A stretch of DNA of 45,465 nt from Anaerolineales bacterium (GTDB taxonomy: Bacteria > Chloroflexota > Anaerolineae > Anaerolineales > DRKV01), in contig JANTFR010000002.1 of NCBI GenBank assembly GCA_024763355.1, forward strand, positions 1 to 45,465, read 5' to 3'. Within the stretch, counting starts at the first letter, position 1. The number at the start of each line of letters is the position of its first letter. Positions 41,944 to 45,465 of the stretch are shown piece after piece. A program made the position numbers and the translations under genes. Below the pieces are notes generated by a model that saw nothing but the letters and a program-made list of their open reading frames with translations, was not told the origin of the DNA and made no database searches.

Positions 41944-41989
41944 AGGTGACAGTCACTTGCGAAGTGACTGTCACCTGACTGTCACCTGA
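41944..41989. repeat. GTGACAG palindrome copy 1 (perfect 15-bp stem) plus a partial extra arm containing the PRX-like gene stop
   Basis: AGGTGACAGTCACTT-GCG-AAGTGACTGTCACCT followed by GACTGTCACCTGA. Probable terminator of the halogenase operon. Confidence 0.8.
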
Positions 41990-42503
41990 GGGCGTCCAGG
42001 AGGGTCTCCACAGGAGGGCGGTCGGTGGGGTCGTGGCTGCGATAGGCCAGCAGCATCCGACCGGATGTGTGTACCACGAAATCGCCGCCCAGTTGGGCGG
42101 TATCGTCGCCGTGCGAATCGCCGCCGTGGATGCCTTGCAGGTTGCGGCGCAGGTAAAGCAACAGCGTGGCCGGATTGTGCGAACGCCATAAGGAACGCTC
42201 CAGCCCATAGGCGTGATAGACGCGGCGTTCCCGGTCGAGGAGCACGTCGAAAGCGTCGCAGGTTTGGCCGAGCCAGCGCTGAACGGCGGGGCGCTCTCCG
42301 AAAGAGAGCAGCGCCACGCGAGTCTTGCGCCGGCGAAATTCTTCCTGGGAGTGGCACAACTGTGCCACGTGCTCTCGGCAGGGTATTCAACCCAGGTGAC
42401 GCAGGAAGACCAGCACCACGTGATGGCCGTCCTGCCGCAGGTCGCTCAGGGAGCGGGTTCCATTGTGCAGGGAGGGGAGGGTGAAAGGGGGGGCGTATTC
42501 CAT
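41982..42503 (-). CDS. PRX-like2/AhpC-TSA thioredoxin-fold protein, candidate selenoprotein (in-frame TGA 42387-42389 read as Sec, U-x-x-C)
   Basis: The frame from ATG 42503 continues through the single TGA into track ORF 41982..42368 with no other stop. The junction reads VLVFLRHLG-U-IPC-REHVAQL, so the TGA is at the first position of the expected CxxC. A hairpin lies 18 nt downstream. The alternative is a pseudogene. Confidence 0.5.
42351..42368 (-). promoter_or_regulatory. candidate bacterial SECIS-like hairpin downstream of the in-frame TGA
   Basis: The mRNA reads UGA-AUACCCUGCCGAGAGCAC-GUGGCAC-AGUU-GUGCCAC: a perfect 7-bp stem whose apical loop starts 25 nt after the UGA. Confidence 0.4.
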
Positions 42504-42514
42504 AAGGGGTTCTC

Positions 42515-43123
42515 TCAAGAGGGGGGAAACGTCTTCCAGGCCCAGAAGAGACGCTGGAAGGCGGTGAAAAGCACCAAAACGGCGAAGACGCAGAACAAGG
42601 GCGTGATTTGCGCAGGAAAGACCAGAAAGAGGGCGTAGGCCACCACGGTCTCGAAGCCGCCAATCAGCCCGGCGGGCATCACCACGCTGGTCTGCGTCTG
42701 TGGGGAGCGGGCGGAGCGCTTCTCCAGGAGAGCGGCCAGGTACATCCACGAGGCGCTGTTGATGTAGAAACTCGCCAGCAGGAAAGCCGCCGCCAGGTAA
42801 CAGGCCGGTTCCCGGATAGACCACGCCAACCCCAGGGGCACGAGGGCGTAGACGACGAAATCCAGGAGGATATCCAGATAGCCGCCGAAGTCGCTCTGCC
42901 GTCCGTGGAGGCGCGCCAGCAGGCCGTCGAGGCCGTCCAAAGTGCGGTTGAGCAGCCAGAGGGCCAGCGCGCCCCAATACCAGCCGAGGGCGGCCAGTCC
43001 GGCGGCGGCCAGGCCAAAGACGAGCGCCGTCCAGGTGACCAAGCTGGGGGAGACGCGCTCCATACGCGCCGCCACGGGAGTTCCCAGACGGTCTTTCCAC
43101 ATCCGCAGGGGGTTGTCGAACAT
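42515..43123 (-). CDS. CDP-alcohol phosphatidyltransferase family protein
   Basis: Exact family signature DGLDGLLAR-x8-G-x3-D-x3-D (LDGLDGLLARLHGRQSDFGGYLDILLDF). Multi-TM. Start at ATG 43123 with SD ggaggt. Confidence 0.85.
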   Translation of the reverse strand: MFDNPLRMWKDRLGTPVAARMERVSPSLVTWTALVFGLAAAGLAALGWYWGALALWLLNRTLDGLDGLLARLHGRQSDFGGYLDILLDFVVYALVPLGLAWSIREPACYLAAAFLLASFYINSASWMYLAALLEKRSARSPQTQTSVVMPAGLIGGFETVVAYALFLVFPAQITPLFCVFAVLVLFTAFQRLFWAWKTFPPS

Positions 43124-43140
43124 CGCTGAACCTCCAAAAG

Positions 43141-44829
43141 TCAAATCGCCAGCCGCGGACGCTCGCGCCGGCGTTTCCAGCGCAGGAAGGCGCGGCTGTA
43201 ACGTACCTGCTCGCGCCCGCCGAGGGCCAGCAACTCCCCCAGGGACATCCCGCCGAAGAAGTGTCGGCGGTAGTCGCCGTCTCCCATGAAGCCCTTATGA
43301 GGGTTGAGAAGCGAGAGACGGATTTTGTTGCGCGGCAGGTGGCTTGCGCCGCGCAAGATGGCCCGAAAAGGTTCGGGGAGCCAGGGGAAGGTCTCGAAGA
43401 GACGATTCGCCTCCTCCACAACGCGCCCCACCTGAAGGGGGTCTGCCGCGTCCACATTTTCGAAGAGGGTATCCACCTGTTCTTGCAGGGCAAAAAAGGG
43501 GGCGAATCCGCCTCCGGCCAGGCGGTTTCCCTCCAGCAGGGAGAGATATTCATGCCGGGTATGGGAACGCATCCGGGCGATGCTCAGTTGCAGGTATTCC
43601 AGATAAGCCCCCAGGAGCCATTGCACGGAGTAAACGCGCCACAAATCGGGGTGCGTCCAGGATTTGATGGCGTTGGCGCACAGGCGGTCGTGCATGGCGA
43701 CGTAGTGCTGGGTCATGGTCTCCAGGCGGGCGAAGTTTTCGGGGGCGAAGTCGTTCTCGGCACAGGCGCGCAGCAGGGCGTCGGCCAGCACCATGACGGT
43801 CATGTGGGCCACGTACAGGCCTTTGGAGAAGAGCGGGTCAATGAAACCGGCGGCGTGTCCCAGCAAAGTCCAGCGTTCCCCGACGACGCGGGTGGATGCG
43901 TATTGCAGGCGCGGCGCACGCGTCCAGGGGCGCACCGCTTTGGCCTCCCGAAACTGGGATTGCAAGGCCGGGAAGCGGGCGGTGAGGGCGGCGAACTCCT
44001 GTGCCGGAGTGAGGCCGGGTTGCTCCGGATACTGCCGCGGGTCGAGCAGCAGTCCCACGCTGCACAGGGGGTTGGTGGAATCCCGATGGTTGTCGAAGGG
44101 GATGACCCATAGCCAGCCGCCCTCGAAGAGGTGGTGCAGCGTTCCCTCCGACCAAAGGAAGGGCACACCCGTTTGGGTGCGGGGGACGGCAATCTCGTCG
44201 AAGTTAGGCACGTCAATCATGTGGGTGAACATGCCGCGGGTGTGGGTCTGGAGGTCGTGACGGCGGAGACCGAAGCGCGCCGCCACCAGCGAGCGGAAGC
44301 CCCCCGCATCCACCAGGAAGCGCGCCCGATAGGTCTCGCCCTGCCGGGTAGTGACAGCCACCCCGTCGGCGCGGATGTCGAAATCGGCAACCGGGGTGTT
44401 TTGCAGGAGGCGCGCCCCGTAGGAGATGGCGACCGCGCTCAGGAAGTAGTCGCTGTCTTGCCGGTAGATGTGGACTTCGTGCCCGTAGGGCTGCCGCGGG
44501 ATGACGGCTTGCAGCACCCCCTCCGGCTGCGGAACTTCCCCCGGCGTGTGCCGCACGAACCCGAAGTGCCGTTTGACCCCGTGGGAAGTGCCCGCGTAAG
44601 GCAGGTAGTTTTCCGAACTGAAGTAGGCCAGTTCGGGCAGGTCGTAGAAGCGCGCCAGGGCGCGCAGCATCTCGGAGGTCTCCAGGATGGTGGATTCCCC
44701 GATGGCAAATTTGGGGTGCTGTCCGGCTTCGAAGACGAGGACGGAAAGTCCCTGGCGGGCGAGGACGGCGGCCAGCGCCGCGCCTCCCATGCCCGAACCG
44801 ATGATGGCGACGTCGTAGAGGGTTTTCAT
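43141..44829 (-). CDS. FAD-dependent oxidoreductase resembling flavin-dependent halogenases
   Basis: GxGxxG (IIGSGMGGAA), FAIGES, a candidate Lys in GVKRHFGF, and the WxWxIP motif (GGWLWVIPF...SVGLL). 562 aa with a long C-terminal extension. Confidence 0.72.
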   Translation of the reverse strand: MKTLYDVAIIGSGMGGAALAAVLARQGLSVLVFEAGQHPKFAIGESTILETSEMLRALARFYDLPELAYFSSENYLPYAGTSHGVKRHFGFVRHTPGEVPQPEGVLQAVIPRQPYGHEVHIYRQDSDYFLSAVAISYGARLLQNTPVADFDIRADGVAVTTRQGETYRARFLVDAGGFRSLVAARFGLRRHDLQTHTRGMFTHMIDVPNFDEIAVPRTQTGVPFLWSEGTLHHLFEGGWLWVIPFDNHRDSTNPLCSVGLLLDPRQYPEQPGLTPAQEFAALTARFPALQSQFREAKAVRPWTRAPRLQYASTRVVGERWTLLGHAAGFIDPLFSKGLYVAHMTVMVLADALLRACAENDFAPENFARLETMTQHYVAMHDRLCANAIKSWTHPDLWRVYSVQWLLGAYLEYLQLSIARMRSHTRHEYLSLLEGNRLAGGGFAPFFALQEQVDTLFENVDAADPLQVGRVVEEANRLFETFPWLPEPFRAILRGASHLPRNKIRLSLLNPHKGFMGDGDYRRHFFGGMSLGELLALGGREQVRYSRAFLRWKRRRERPRLAI

Positions 44830-44917
44830 AGGCGGAAAGAGGGAATAAAAAACTCCCTGAAGCGTAAAGACGCCGCCGGGAGGGGAAATCTTACCTGAAA
44901 AAAGGTGACGGCCAGGT

Positions 44918-44954
44918 CAGGTGACAGTCACTTGCGAAGAGCCTGTCACCTGAC
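44918..44954. repeat. GTGACAG palindrome copy 2 (imperfect) in the leader of the halogenase-like operon
   Basis: CAGGTGACAGTCACTTGCGAAGAGCCTGTCACCTGAC shares its first 22 nt (CAGGTGACAGTCACTTGCGAAG) and last 12 nt (CTGTCACCTGAC) with copy 1. Confidence 0.75.
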
Positions 44955-44985
44955 ACCTCCTCGCCTTCGACAACTGGGGATTGTA

Positions 44986-45020
44986 CGAAAAACCAGGCCC
45001 CGGCGCAGGCCGGGACCTGG
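44986..45020 (-). terminator. intrinsic terminator after the hypothetical gene 45089..45436
   Basis: The minus strand reads CCAGGTCCCGGC-CTGC-GCCGGGGCCTGG followed by TTTTTCGT. Confidence 0.65.
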
Positions 45021-45088
45021 CGAAAAGACGAGCAGTTCCATGAAACCGACGACTGTTCCGACGCGCGGCACATCCTTCTGCGACAACT

Positions 45089-45436
45089 TCAAGGACAGGC
45101 AGGCTCCGGCGCCAGCGGTACGGCGACCGTCAGTTCGCTTTCGGTACCCCAGAAGAGCGACAGAGGAGCGGAAACGGTGAAGTTTTCGCCATCCGACTCC
45201 GGACAGACCATCGTAAAACTGCCTCCGCCGGTGCTGCCCAGGGTCAGGCGCAACTTGCCCTGTTCGCGCACTACACGGAACTGCAAAAGTTCAGACGCAG
45301 CCGTATAGTAACAATCACCCGGAGCCGAACAGGTTACCTGCATGGGAATCGTCCCTTGCGTTTCTCCATTGGACTTTTGAAAAATAGGTGGAACTGTGTC
45401 AGAATGTGGGTATGGACAAACACCAATCTCTAACAC
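45089..45436 (-). CDS. hypothetical protein (may extend beyond the window edge)
   Basis: ORF only, with no motif recognised. Local GC drops. An intrinsic terminator on the same strand lies just downstream (44986-45020). Confidence 0.3.
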   Translation of the reverse strand: MLEIGVCPYPHSDTVPPIFQKSNGETQGTIPMQVTCSAPGDCYYTAASELLQFRVVREQGKLRLTLGSTGGGSFTMVCPESDGENFTVSAPLSLFWGTESELTVAVPLAPEPACP

Positions 45437-45465
45437 AGTTCCGACAACAAGTGTACCAGAACTTT

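Noticed and set aside
42504-43553. 388-aa minus-strand ORF 42387..43553
   Set aside because: Apart from its last 38 codons (the N-terminus of the PRX-like protein), it overlaps the CDP-alcohol phosphatidyltransferase and halogenase-like genes out of frame. It is Pro/Arg/Gly-rich.

Overview
This is a 45.5-kb high-GC bacterial chromosomal segment. Gene content and protein style suggest a thermophilic Chloroflexota-like organism, but that is inference only. All calls come from reading the sequence and ORF track and recognising motifs; no database search was run.

I support about 49 protein genes on both strands and one tRNA-Ser(CGA). Most are housekeeping: dcd, fabI, mpg-type glycosylase, serS, lysS, greA, slyD, a beta-CASP RNase, rnd, rimI, an SPFH/NfeD pair, a C-N hydrolase, nadE, purB, a ynjBCD-like ABC transporter and a family-4 UDG. 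Envelope and glycan genes are also present: M23 peptidase, LysM protein, GT1, GT2, GT39, VanW, GH114 and bactofilin. Many very long ORFs in the track are high-GC shadow frames and were trimmed or rejected.

The parts worth a second look:
1. Nearly every intergenic spacer is filled with short (8-16 nt) tandem 'word' repeats. They are arranged modularly and oriented with transcription: G/A-rich or CACGAAT words after stops, and G-poor C/A-rich words before starts.
2. A CAACCAATG repeat supplies ladders of in-frame AUGs fused to three unrelated genes.
3. A roughly 122-nt hairpin MITE occurs in two inverted copies flanked by 9-10 bp target-site duplications, plus one deleted copy.
4. A RAYT (IS200-like Y1 transposase) is flanked by REP doublets with compensatory stem changes.
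5. A candidate selenoprotein (PRX-like, U-x-x-C) has an in-frame TGA and a downstream hairpin.
6. That candidate is the last gene of a tight three-gene operon with a flavin-dependent halogenase-like enzyme and a CDP-alcohol phosphatidyltransferase. The operon is bracketed by copies of a GTGACAG palindrome.
7. A roughly 95-nt unit is bracketed by a near-consensus promoter and an intrinsic terminator, and may be an orphan sRNA or leader.

No CRISPR array, rRNA, prophage or recognisable defence system was seen.
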